Origin: an uncultured Erysipelotrichaceae bacterium
Lineage (GTDB): Bacteria > Bacillota_I > Bacilli_A > RF39 > UBA660
Direction: 5' to 3'
Length of the DNA: 60,031 nucleotides
NCBI GenBank assembly: GCA_902783895.1
Contig: CACZST010000025.1
Span: 1-60,031 of the forward strand
Part shown: in pieces, positions 44,325 through 53,251 of the stretch
Layout: every line of letters starts with the position of its first letter
Position numbering within the stretch: position 1 is the stretch's first letter
Made by a program: the position numbers and the translations under genes
The notes under the pieces: generated by a model
The model's database searches: none
The model's input: only the letters and a program-made list of their open reading frames with translations
Told to the model about the DNA's origin: nothing

Positions 44325-44390
44325 TTTCTTTTATTATATATTGACTTTTTTTGCTTTCGTGTTATTCTATATATTGGAAAGGGTGGTATT

Positions 44391-44849
44391 ATGGTAGATT
44401 ACGAAAAAATGAAAAAAAGAATCATAAAGAATATTAAAAGTGGTTATATTGAGGGTGCACCTGTAGAAAAGTATTTCTCAGAGGATAGGGATATAGCTTT
44501 AAATCTAGCAGAAAATGACGGAATATTTTGTGTTGAAAATTATATGGATTCTATGTTTCTTGATGATTTTGAAGTAATGTATTTAGCATATTTACATGAT
44601 GGTATTTCAATGTTGACTTTTGTTAGTCAAAGACTTAGGGATGACTATGACTTTATGTTGATGGCTGTTTCAAGAAATGGTAATGCTTTAAGATATGCTA
44701 GTAAGGAATTACAAAATAATGAAAAATTAATTCGCATTGCTGAGGAGTATACTATATATGATGAATATGCTGAGAAATATGATGAGGATAGTCCTTTTTC
44801 AGCATTTGAAATTATTAAACCAAAAATTAAAGGGTTAAATAAGAGATAA
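44391..44849 (+). CDS. DUF4116-repeat protein
   Basis: 'DYDFMLMAVSRNGNALRYASKELQNNEKLIRIA' fits the DUF4116 repeat (A..NG.AL.YAS.EL..D). Confidence 0.6.
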   Translation: MVDYEKMKKRIIKNIKSGYIEGAPVEKYFSEDRDIALNLAENDGIFCVENYMDSMFLDDFEVMYLAYLHDGISMLTFVSQRLRDDYDFMLMAVSRNGNALRYASKELQNNEKLIRIAEEYTIYDEYAEKYDEDSPFSAFEIIKPKIKGLNKR

Positions 44850-44870
44850 AAACATAAAAAATACATCGAT

Positions 44871-45515
44871 TTATTTTGATGTATTTTTATTTTTATCTAA
44901 TTTAGTTTTAATAGCAGCAATTATTATTGGAATTAATGATAAGAATATAATTGCTAGAATAATTAAGGTGAAATGGGATTTTACAGCTGGAATATTACCG
45001 AATAGATATCCAATTGTTAAGAATAGGGTTACCCAAATAACTCCACCGATAGCATTAAATTTTATAAATTTTGGATAATGAAGATTTCCCATACCAACAA
45101 CAAATGGGACGATTGTTCTTACGATAGGCATAAATCTTGCTATAAAGACAGCAGCTCCACCATATTTTTTGATTAAATCTTCAGCTTTGTTTAAATTTTC
45201 TTCTTTAATAATAGTGAATTTTTTGTTATTTAGTATTTTTTTACCAAAATGTTTTCCTATTTCGTAGTTTAATGTATCACCTAATATTGCGGCAAGAATA
45301 ATAAGTATTAATAGGAACCAGAAATTCATTTGGCCGATAGCAGCGAATGCTCCTGCGGCAAATATTAAAGAATCACCTGGTAAAAATGGTAAAAATACTA
45401 ATCCTGTTTCGCAAAAAATGATTAAGAAAAGTATTGCATAAACAAAGTTTCCATAGTTTTGAATGAATGTTCCAATATATTCATTACAATGCAAAATAAA
45501 ATCAACTAACTGCAT
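44871..45515 (-). CDS. DedA-family membrane protein (second paralog)
   Basis: 'FLPFLPGDSLIFAAGAFAA' and 'FIARFMPIVRTIVPFVVGM' match DedA. Confidence 0.85.
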   Translation of the reverse strand: MQLVDFILHCNEYIGTFIQNYGNFVYAILFLIIFCETGLVFLPFLPGDSLIFAAGAFAAIGQMNFWFLLILIILAAILGDTLNYEIGKHFGKKILNNKKFTIIKEENLNKAEDLIKKYGGAAVFIARFMPIVRTIVPFVVGMGNLHYPKFIKFNAIGGVIWVTLFLTIGYLFGNIPAVKSHFTLIILAIIFLSLIPIIIAAIKTKLDKNKNTSK

Positions 45516-45559
45516 ATGTTCCTCCTAACCTTAATAATTATATCATACTTTTTAAAATA

Positions 45560-46258
45560 TTAAATAATTTGATAAGGTGTTTCTATTGTTCCTTTTCCTT
45601 TTAAAGAAATATTTCCTTTTAAATATAGGACGGGAAAAACAGCAAAATCATTATATGATGGCATGCTATCACCAAAATACATATTTCCAAAGTGATAAAT
45701 ATTATTTACATCTTTTGATATAGTCCATGCATAATTATTTTTATTGTTAAAATTTAGACTATTTAAATAATTGTCTTCTTTACATTTGTTAAAGTTTTCC
45801 CAGTTACTATAAATTGTTTGGCATAAACTATTATTATTTGACTTTATATAATCAGAGATACTAATTAATCCAATATAATATAAATTATTTGTTTCTTCCC
45901 ATTTATGTTTTTGAATGAGATTCCGACTTTTTTGATTAATTTTGTAATAATAAATGTTATTTAAATAATTGTTTAAGGAACTTTTTTCCCAGTTATTAGA
46001 ATTTTCTATATCAAATGGAAAATTTCCGATAGAATCATTTTTAATTATCTTTATTTTTCCATCTTTTTCAAATGATATTATTCTATATATTTCATTATTA
46101 AAGATAATATAATTATTGGGGTTTTTACCCTTGTATATATAATTTTCATCTTTATATAAATTATTTTCTTTAAGGTTTATAGAAATATCATTTGTGACAT
46201 ATGTATTTTGATTTGTTAGAAATGACAAAAACGCGCTTATTAATGTTATTATTTTCAT
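45560..46258 (-). CDS. Secreted hypothetical protein
   Basis: 232 aa with a signal-like N-terminus. 'NNWEKSSLNNYLNN' recalls DUF6273-type proteins, but this is a weak call. Confidence 0.45.
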   Translation of the reverse strand: MKIITLISAFLSFLTNQNTYVTNDISINLKENNLYKDENYIYKGKNPNNYIIFNNEIYRIISFEKDGKIKIIKNDSIGNFPFDIENSNNWEKSSLNNYLNNIYYYKINQKSRNLIQKHKWEETNNLYYIGLISISDYIKSNNNSLCQTIYSNWENFNKCKEDNYLNSLNFNNKNNYAWTISKDVNNIYHFGNMYFGDSMPSYNDFAVFPVLYLKGNISLKGKGTIETPYQII

Positions 46259-46476
46259 AATTTTCCTTCTTTCTTTTTAGTATCTTAGATGATAAAAAGA
46301 GTAATGTCAAAGCGGTATTTTATATATTTTGTAGGAAAAATTATTATCAAAAGATATGATTTGTCTTAGAAGAAAAATCCCTTTTCTGGTATTTTTAAAG
46401 TTTAATATGGGGTAAAAAGTAGTTTGCATCAAAAATATAAAAAATGTATAATTTTCTTATAACAGTGGAGGTGTTT

Positions 46477-47082
46477 ATGAAAAAGATTATTTATATATTT
46501 ATGATTATTATGCTGTTTACTGGATGCTCGAGTAAACCTATTACTGTGGAAAAATCTAATGGTGATTCAAAGGCCTATTTATTTTTAAAGGATAAATATA
46601 GTCCTGATAAATATTATTTTGAATTTTATGATCGTAATATTTCGGCTAATGATAAAGCAAAAATAATAATGGCAAGGGATAATAATAAATATTATTATAG
46701 TATTAGTGGTGACAATGATATAGCTATTATTCAAAAGGATGGATTTAAATATACGGTTGACTTTAAATTGAAAAGTTATTCGGAGGTATCAGAAAAAAAT
46801 ATTATGGATAATAGTTTTGGTATTTTACCTAGAAATATGGAGGAGTTTAAAACACTTGGTTATATTAAAGGAAAGGAGAGAATATTTAATCAGTCTCTTG
46901 AGTATGAGAAATATGATTATGGTAATATTGAAACAACTTATTTTTTTAAAGGTAAGAATCTTGTGTATATTAAATGCAAACAGCCTACTAAGACTATTAC
47001 TTTAAAGTATATTAATTATAAGAAAAAAGTATCTGATAAATTATTTGATGTTCCAAAAAAATATGTGGAAATGACATATTAA
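46477..47082 (+). CDS. Hypothetical lipoprotein
   Basis: ATG 46477 follows a GGAGGTG SD. The lipobox is 'MLFTGCSS'. Confidence 0.6.
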   Translation: MKKIIYIFMIIMLFTGCSSKPITVEKSNGDSKAYLFLKDKYSPDKYYFEFYDRNISANDKAKIIMARDNNKYYYSISGDNDIAIIQKDGFKYTVDFKLKSYSEVSEKNIMDNSFGILPRNMEEFKTLGYIKGKERIFNQSLEYEKYDYGNIETTYFFKGKNLVYIKCKQPTKTITLKYINYKKKVSDKLFDVPKKYVEMTY

Positions 47083-47113
47083 ATATGATAGAATATCTTT
47101 AGGAGGTATATGT

Positions 47114-48187
47114 ATGAAAAAATGTTTTGCAGTTTTAATGTTATCGATTTTATGTTTAGTTCCAAATGCTGAAGCTAAAACAATTGACCATTTTTATAGT
47201 TCAGCTTCAGATAATGTTGAACTTAATGGTAATGTTAATGGTTCTTCAGCTTTAGCGGGAGATAATGTGGTAATTAAAAGTAAGGTCGCTGGTATTGCTT
47301 TTGGTGCCGGAGATGATGTTACTTTAGATGGTCAAAGTGATTATGCAGCTTTAGCCGGTAGAGAGGTTACAATTAATGGAAAGGTTAATAATGATGCTTT
47401 TTTAGCAGGAGATACCATTAAAATCAATAAGGATGCAATTATTGAAAGAGATACAGTTATCGCTGGTAATGAAGTTGTTATTGCTGGTAAGATTAACCGT
47501 AATATTAGTATTTATGCATCAAGTGTGGTTATTCAAAATGGTGCAGAAATTAATGGAAATGTTAAACTTGAAGTTGGCAGTGTAACTGTTGCAGATGATG
47601 TTAAGATTAAAGGTGAATTATTATATCCAGCTGATGCCGAAAATGAAATAAGTAAAAAAGCAACTATTGGTAGTTTAGTTAAAACAGAAAGTTTAGATGA
47701 AGGGTATAGTTGGACTAACGTATTTTTTGAAGGTTTAATGTCTTTATTAATGTTATTAGTTGTATTTGCTGTATTAACTTTAGTTTGTCCTAAGGTATTT
47801 ACAAAGATGCAAAAGAAATATGACAAGTTTAATTTTGATAAAGGATTTGAACTTACAACAAAAGGATTACTCACTTTAATTTTTGTTCCTATTATTTGTG
47901 TATTAGGCTTTAGTTTAGCAATCGGTGCTTCACTTTCACTTATTTTACTTGCGCTTTATGTTATTGCTATTTACTTATCAACAATATTTGTTGGATATTT
48001 AATTGGATATAAAATTTGGCAAAAATATTCTAAGAAAGATGTTAATATTTTAGTTATTGGTTTACTTGGAATGATGATTATAACAATTCTTAAGTTTATC
48101 CCTGGTGTTAATATTTTAGTTACAATTCTTACAGTATTAATTGGTATGGGAATTATTGTTGATGTATTTAAACCAGAAAAGGATTAA
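47114..48187 (+). CDS. Signal-peptide protein with bactofilin-like beta-helical repeats and polytopic C-terminal membrane domain
   Basis: The signal peptide is 'LVPNAEA'. Iterated ~17-20-aa units read 'GD.V.I.GKV....F.AGD.V.I'. About five C-terminal TM helices follow. Confidence 0.55.
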   Translation: MKKCFAVLMLSILCLVPNAEAKTIDHFYSSASDNVELNGNVNGSSALAGDNVVIKSKVAGIAFGAGDDVTLDGQSDYAALAGREVTINGKVNNDAFLAGDTIKINKDAIIERDTVIAGNEVVIAGKINRNISIYASSVVIQNGAEINGNVKLEVGSVTVADDVKIKGELLYPADAENEISKKATIGSLVKTESLDEGYSWTNVFFEGLMSLLMLLVVFAVLTLVCPKVFTKMQKKYDKFNFDKGFELTTKGLLTLIFVPIICVLGFSLAIGASLSLILLALYVIAIYLSTIFVGYLIGYKIWQKYSKKDVNILVIGLLGMMIITILKFIPGVNILVTILTVLIGMGIIVDVFKPEKD

Positions 48188-48235
48188 GTTCCTTTTTTTT
48201 ATTATTTTCATATATTATATTGAGGTGAAGATTCT

Positions 48236-48688
48236 ATGTATAAAGTTTATCAAGTTAAAAGTGGTGATACTTTAGGAGCTTTAGCAAGTTTACTTGGGAT
48301 AAATGTTAATGAACTTGCGGGTCTTAATGGGCTTATGGTAAGTGCGCCTTTAGTAGCTGGACAATATATAATTATTCCAAATAAGAATGAGAATAAATAT
48401 TTTACAGAGTATACGATTAAAAAAGGTGATACAATTTATGAAATTGCCCGAAGGTTAAATGTTGATCCTTCGTCTCTTTTAAGATTAAATGGAATATCTA
48501 AAAATGATTTGATTTATCCTGATGAACAGATTATAATACCAAGGGAAAATGTTACTTTTTATGTAACTGGTCAGGATGATACATTAGCTGATGTTTCAAA
48601 GAAACTTAATGCAAGTATTGCTGATATTGGTATGCAAAATGGGACAATTTATTTAACAAATGATCAATTAATTGTTTATAAAAAATGA
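48236..48688 (+). CDS. Triple-LysM domain protein without signal peptide
   Basis: The three LysM repeats are 'YQVKSGDTLGALAS', 'YTIKKGDTIYEIAR' and 'YVTGQDDTLADVSK'. Confidence 0.8.
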   Translation: MYKVYQVKSGDTLGALASLLGINVNELAGLNGLMVSAPLVAGQYIIIPNKNENKYFTEYTIKKGDTIYEIARRLNVDPSSLLRLNGISKNDLIYPDEQIIIPRENVTFYVTGQDDTLADVSKKLNASIADIGMQNGTIYLTNDQLIVYKK

Positions 48689-48717
48689 CGTTTTCCTTGA
48701 AAAATAACGTCTTTTTT
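48688..48717 (+). terminator. Intrinsic terminator
   Basis: GACGTT pairs with AACGTC across a 12-nt loop, followed by T6. Confidence 0.5.
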
Positions 48718-48922
48718 ATTGTTTACATTTTATTTATATATCTTGGTAAAATGTTACCTGTGTTTATCAATTAAATTACTTTTTATATTTTAATTTATTA
48801 TATATTTTGCTTTATTTGTCAATACAAGTTTTATTTTTTTTAAATACTTAATAAAATTTTATTTATAAGATGATTTTCTTTTTTTTTACACAAATTTAGT
48901 ATATAATGTTATTGGTGGTAGT

Positions 48923-49333
48923 ATGAAAAAAATATTTTTAATACTTAGTGTTTTAGTTATGACAGTTTTATTTACTGGATGCGGAAAAAATGGATATGAT
49001 AAGATAAGTTATGATGAATATAAAAAACTTATTGATGATAAATCTAGTTTTCCTTTAGTTATTGGAAGAGAAACTTGCTCCGCATGTGAAGCTTATAAAA
49101 CTACTATGGAGAAGTTTATTAAGAAATATGGTGTTGATGTTAAATATATTGATTTGGATGATTTAACTGATTCACAGGAAAATGAGATTATTAATGATTA
49201 TCCTATTTCTGGTACTCCAACTACTATTTTTGTTAAAAATGGGGAAGAAGAGGATAAATATAATAGAATTGTTGGAAATGCAAAATATAGTAAGACTGAA
49301 GATATGTATAGACAAAATGGATATATAAAATAA
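48923..49333 (+). CDS. Thioredoxin-fold lipoprotein (CSAC)
   Basis: The lipobox is 'LFTGCGK'. 'RETCSACEAY' is the CxxC site. 'GTPTTIF' is the cis-Pro loop. Confidence 0.7.
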   Translation: MKKIFLILSVLVMTVLFTGCGKNGYDKISYDEYKKLIDDKSSFPLVIGRETCSACEAYKTTMEKFIKKYGVDVKYIDLDDLTDSQENEIINDYPISGTPTTIFVKNGEEEDKYNRIVGNAKYSKTEDMYRQNGYIK

Positions 49334-49343
49334 GGAGGGACTT

Positions 49344-50540
49344 ATGAATAATGAAAATGCAAATGTAGCGAGGGTAACACCAATTAATTTTCCACAGCAA
49401 AATTTATCTAATGGTCAAGGAACTTCTGTTAGTAATGTAAGAGCAACTCAGGTTCCTAATATGCAAAATAATAATGGACAGGGTCAAGTTTTTAATCCAA
49501 ATTTAAATCAAAGAGTCAATCAAAATTTTAATCAGGGAATTAACACTAATATTCAGGCAAATATGACATTTAAAATTGATAGACTTGATCCAAATGAGTT
49601 TCCGATGCTTTGTAATTACTGTGAGGATTTGACTGCTAAACATTATGTTACAAATCCAGCAATTGATAGGGAAGAAGAAATTAAAAGAACAATGCTTGTT
49701 TTACTTACTCCAGATAAATCTGCTTTATTAATAGGTAAAGCTGGTATTGGTAAAACAGCGATTGTTGAGGGAATTGCTTATAAGATACAAAGAAATATGG
49801 TTCCTAATGCTTTAAGTGGTTATAAGATTTTAAAAATAAATTCATCTTCAATGGTTGGAAAGATTAATGTTAATGGTAGACAGGAATCAATAATTAATTT
49901 GGTTGTTAATGAGCTTAAAAAGGCTCCTAAGACTATTTTATTTATCGATGAGGTTCATACATTAATTGGTGGTTCAAAAGATGGACCTATGGATTTGGCT
50001 AATATTTTAAAGCCAGCGTTAGACCGTGGTGATATTAAAGCAATAGGTGCGACAACTACAATGGAATATGAGACATATATTGTTAGAGATAGAGCGTTTT
50101 TAAGACGTTTTGATAGGATTGAAGTGTTGGAACCTTCTAGAAGTGCTACTATTGATATTTTAATGGGAACTATTCCAAAAATAGAACATAGTACTGGTAT
50201 TAAAATGATAAATAATCATTATATAGCTACCTTACTTGTAGAATCGATTGTTGATGCGACTAGTGAATTTAAACGTGTATATGGTCTTTCTGCTATGTAC
50301 CCGGATGTGGCTCTTTCAGTACTTTCAGCTTCTTTTTCAAATGCTTTATTTGAAAATAAACCTGAGGTTGGAATAATTGATGTTTATAATGCGATTAAAG
50401 ATAGTAAAAGAATATATCCAGATAGTAGATTAAAAGAATGTGAATCTTTTAGAGAAAAGTTTAAGAGAATTTGTGATGATCGTGGTATTGTTTTACCTGT
50501 ATTTAAATTAGAGGATATTGATACTGGAGAAGATTTATAA
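49344..50540 (+). CDS. Stand-alone ClpA/B-D1-like AAA+ ATPase with Q/N-rich N-terminal region
   Basis: 398 aa. 'EDLTAKHYVTNPAIDREEEIKRTMLVLLTPDKSALLIGKAGIGKTAIVEGIA', 'ILFIDEVHTLIGG', 'LKPALDRGDIKAIGATT' and 'DRAFLRRFDRIEV' match the Clp/Hsp100 D1 module. The first ~75 aa are N/Q-rich. Confidence 0.8.
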   Translation: MNNENANVARVTPINFPQQNLSNGQGTSVSNVRATQVPNMQNNNGQGQVFNPNLNQRVNQNFNQGINTNIQANMTFKIDRLDPNEFPMLCNYCEDLTAKHYVTNPAIDREEEIKRTMLVLLTPDKSALLIGKAGIGKTAIVEGIAYKIQRNMVPNALSGYKILKINSSSMVGKINVNGRQESIINLVVNELKKAPKTILFIDEVHTLIGGSKDGPMDLANILKPALDRGDIKAIGATTTMEYETYIVRDRAFLRRFDRIEVLEPSRSATIDILMGTIPKIEHSTGIKMINNHYIATLLVESIVDATSEFKRVYGLSAMYPDVALSVLSASFSNALFENKPEVGIIDVYNAIKDSKRIYPDSRLKECESFREKFKRICDDRGIVLPVFKLEDIDTGEDL

Positions 50541-50600
50541 ATTCGATAAAAAATGCATAAAATTAAATATATATTATAAATAGTAGTAAGGAGGAAAAAT

Positions 50601-51122
50601 ATGGAACGAAAAATACCAAGAAAGAATTATATTATATTAGCAGTTACAATTATTTTAACTGTATTACTTGTCTTTTATTTAAGAGGCTGGTATATAACAA
50701 CTAAAGATTATTATGCTCAAAACTCGGTTATTAAAGATGTAGTTAGAGAAATTAAGGAAGATGAAATTAGTAATTATACATTAGAAAGTGGTAAGTTTGC
50801 TTTATATGTATCTTCAGGTCAAAATACTTCGGTAAAAGATTTTGAAAATGAATTTAAAAAATTAATAGCAAAAAGTAATTGTCAAAATAATGTTTTATAT
50901 TTAAATACTGATGGAATTGATGTTAAAAATTTAAATGATAGTTTAAGAGATAATTTTGCTAAAAATGATAGAGTTAAAAATAGTATTTCAGATAATTCTA
51001 TGGCCACATTATATTTATTTGAGGAGGGTAAAATTTCTTCTGTTATTAATAATGTTGATAATTATAGTGTAAAATCAATTAATAAAATTATAAAGAAGTG
51101 GGGTCTTTCAGATAATGCTTAA
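50601..51122 (+). CDS. Membrane-anchored hypothetical protein (thioredoxin-fold-like, no CxxC)
   Basis: 173 aa with an N-terminal TM. The layout 'FALYVSSGQNTS...ATLYLFEEGK' resembles a Trx fold lacking cysteines. This is inference only. Confidence 0.45.
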   Translation: MERKIPRKNYIILAVTIILTVLLVFYLRGWYITTKDYYAQNSVIKDVVREIKEDEISNYTLESGKFALYVSSGQNTSVKDFENEFKKLIAKSNCQNNVLYLNTDGIDVKNLNDSLRDNFAKNDRVKNSISDNSMATLYLFEEGKISSVINNVDNYSVKSINKIIKKWGLSDNA

Positions 51123-51621
51123 TGTTGTACTTTATGAACCTGAAATTCCGCAAAATACTGGTAATATAATGAGGACTTGTGTGGCAACTAATACGAAATT
51201 ACATTTAATAAAACCTCTTGGATTTAGTTTAGATGAGAAGGTTGTTAGGAGAAGTGGAGCTAATTATATTGATGATTGTGATTATACTGTATATGAAAAT
51301 TGGGATGATTTTTTAAGTAAAAATGAAGGTAAATTTTATTTTTTAACAAGATATGGTAGAAAGCCACATACTTCATTTGATTATAGTGATAGTAAGGAAA
51401 ATATATATTTAGTTTTTGGAAAAGAAAGTACAGGGATTCCTAAGGAAATATTAAAGGATAGATTAGATACTTGTTTAAGGATTCCTATGACGGATAAGGT
51501 AAGGGCTTTAAATTTATCTAATTGTGTGGCAATTATGGTATATGAAGTTTTAAGGCAGCAAAATTATAATAATTTACTTACTGAAGAACCATTTAAAGGT
51601 GCTGACTATTTAGAAAAATAA
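51115..51621 (+). CDS. trmL: tRNA (cytidine/uridine-2'-O-)-methyltransferase TrmL (SpoU/TrmH family)
   Basis: 168 aa. 'LYEPEIPQNTGNIMRTC', 'VFGKESTGIP' and 'RALNLSN.VAI..YE' match TrmL. Confidence 0.88.
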   Translation: MLNVVLYEPEIPQNTGNIMRTCVATNTKLHLIKPLGFSLDEKVVRRSGANYIDDCDYTVYENWDDFLSKNEGKFYFLTRYGRKPHTSFDYSDSKENIYLVFGKESTGIPKEILKDRLDTCLRIPMTDKVRALNLSNCVAIMVYEVLRQQNYNNLLTEEPFKGADYLEK

Positions 51622-51719
51622 TTTATGAAAGTTTGATACTTTCTTTTTATTTTTACTTGTACTTGAATTTTATTTTAATTCATGTTAATATGATTATATT
51701 AATGATAGGAGGAATATGT

Positions 51720-52340
51720 ATGGGGACTTTTTTAACTAGTTGGGTATTTTGGGTCGTAGTTGCTGCTATTGTAGCTATTATTGCTGTTATAGTTTTAATT
51801 ATTGATGCTATGAAAAATAAGAAAAATAAAAAAGAGGTAAATAATGAAAGTGTAAATAATGCTTCTACCCCTGAGGCTCCTTTAGTAGAGGAACCTGTGA
51901 CTGTTGAACAAGGTAGTATTATTGATGAAAATGAGCCATTAAATACACCTGTATTTAATGATATAAATGTTGTAAAACCAACTGCAGTTATTTCACCTGA
52001 GGTAACAAATGTTTCAGAGGTATCTATGAGTGATGCTTTAAAACCAACTGCTGTTATTACACCAGAAGTACCAGGTGTGGATAAAAGTGAGACAGATATT
52101 TTTAGTGAACCTATATCTGTAAATACTCCAAGTATGGTAGAAGAAAATTTAACTGCTGAGGTTTTAGAACCTGCTTCACCTACATCATTTATTGATGAAG
52201 GCTGGGATAAATTACCTGAGACACTTGAAGAAGTTAAAGTTGAAACACTTGACGATGGTTTACAGTCTACGGATTTAAACAATGATGATTTAAATAAATC
52301 TGTTCAAGCTCCAAGTGATAACATGGATATTTGGAAATAA
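51720..52340 (+). CDS. N-terminally anchored acidic, low-complexity protein
   Basis: ATG 51720 follows an AGGAGG SD. There is one TM helix, then a P/E/V/T-rich region with the duplicated 'KPTAVI(S/T)PEV'. Confidence 0.55.
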   Translation: MGTFLTSWVFWVVVAAIVAIIAVIVLIIDAMKNKKNKKEVNNESVNNASTPEAPLVEEPVTVEQGSIIDENEPLNTPVFNDINVVKPTAVISPEVTNVSEVSMSDALKPTAVITPEVPGVDKSETDIFSEPISVNTPSMVEENLTAEVLEPASPTSFIDEGWDKLPETLEEVKVETLDDGLQSTDLNNDDLNKSVQAPSDNMDIWK

Positions 52341-52441
52341 AAATGATGCTTTAGCATCTTTTTTATTTTTTATTTGTGTCAAGTTGTTTAACATAAACTG
52401 TAAAATATGGTATAATTGAAATACTGTAGAAGGAGGCTATT

Positions 52442-53251
52442 ATGACAGTTGATACAATAGTACAAATACTTCGAAAAGTTATAGATATTTGTTTAGTTTG
52501 GGGTCTTTTGTACATCATATTAAAAAATTTAAGAAAAAATGTAAAAATGATTATGCTTTTTAAAGGTATATTAATAATTGTTGTTACAAAAATACTTTCA
52601 GATTGGCTTGATTTAGTGACAATTGGTTATTTAATTGATTATGTAATTGAATGGGCGCCACTGGCACTTATTGTTATTTTCCAACCTGAGATTAGGGATA
52701 CACTTGAAAATTTAGGGAGAACAAAATTGCTTGGTAAACATAAAACTTTATCAATGAATGAACTTGAAAATACTGTTCATGAAATTACTAATGCGGTTGA
52801 TTATATGTGCCGTATGCGTATAGGTGCGTTAATAGTTATTGAAAGAGATAATAGTTTAGCAGATTATATTGATAAAGCTCAAAAGATTTATGCCGATGTT
52901 TCAGGGCCATTAATTTCTTCTATTTTCTATACTAATAATCCACTTCACGATGGTGGTGTAATTATTAGAGGAGATAGAATAATGTGTGCTGGGGCAGTAT
53001 TTCCAACTAGTGACAGTTTGACTATTAGCAAAAGACTTGGAACTAGACATAGGGCTGCTTTAGGTATTTCTGAGCAAACAGATTGTATATCTTTAATTGT
53101 TTCTGAGGAAACTGGTAGAATTTCACTTGCTATTGGTGGTGAGCTTATATACAATTTATCTTTAGATGAGCTTAGAATTAGATTATTAGAAGCTTTAGCA
53201 CCTTCACAAAAAATATTAAGTGAAGCAAGAGGAGGTGCTCAAAGTGAATAA
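52442..53251 (+). CDS. cdaA: Diadenylate cyclase CdaA
   Basis: 269 aa with three N-terminal TM helices. The DAC domain shows 'GALIVIERD', 'PLHDGGVIIRG' and 'GTRHRAALGISEQTD...VSEETG'. Confidence 0.93.
   Translation: MTVDTIVQILRKVIDICLVWGLLYIILKNLRKNVKMIMLFKGILIIVVTKILSDWLDLVTIGYLIDYVIEWAPLALIVIFQPEIRDTLENLGRTKLLGKHKTLSMNELENTVHEITNAVDYMCRMRIGALIVIERDNSLADYIDKAQKIYADVSGPLISSIFYTNNPLHDGGVIIRGDRIMCAGAVFPTSDSLTISKRLGTRHRAALGISEQTDCISLIVSEETGRISLAIGGELIYNLSLDELRIRLLEALAPSQKILSEARGGAQSE

Noticed and set aside
42280-47874. ORFs 42280..42480(+), 44645..44866(-), 46817..47005(+) and 47533..47874(-)
   Set aside because: All overlap longer ORFs that have motifs, SDs and consistent operon orientation. 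None has its own ribosome-binding site.
48689-48922. 234-nt AT-rich spacer as a possible replication origin or repeat array
   Set aside because: It has no DnaA-box-like TTATCCACA motifs and no tandem repeats, only a 5-bp hairpin (GGTAA/TTACC). It is probably just promoter DNA.
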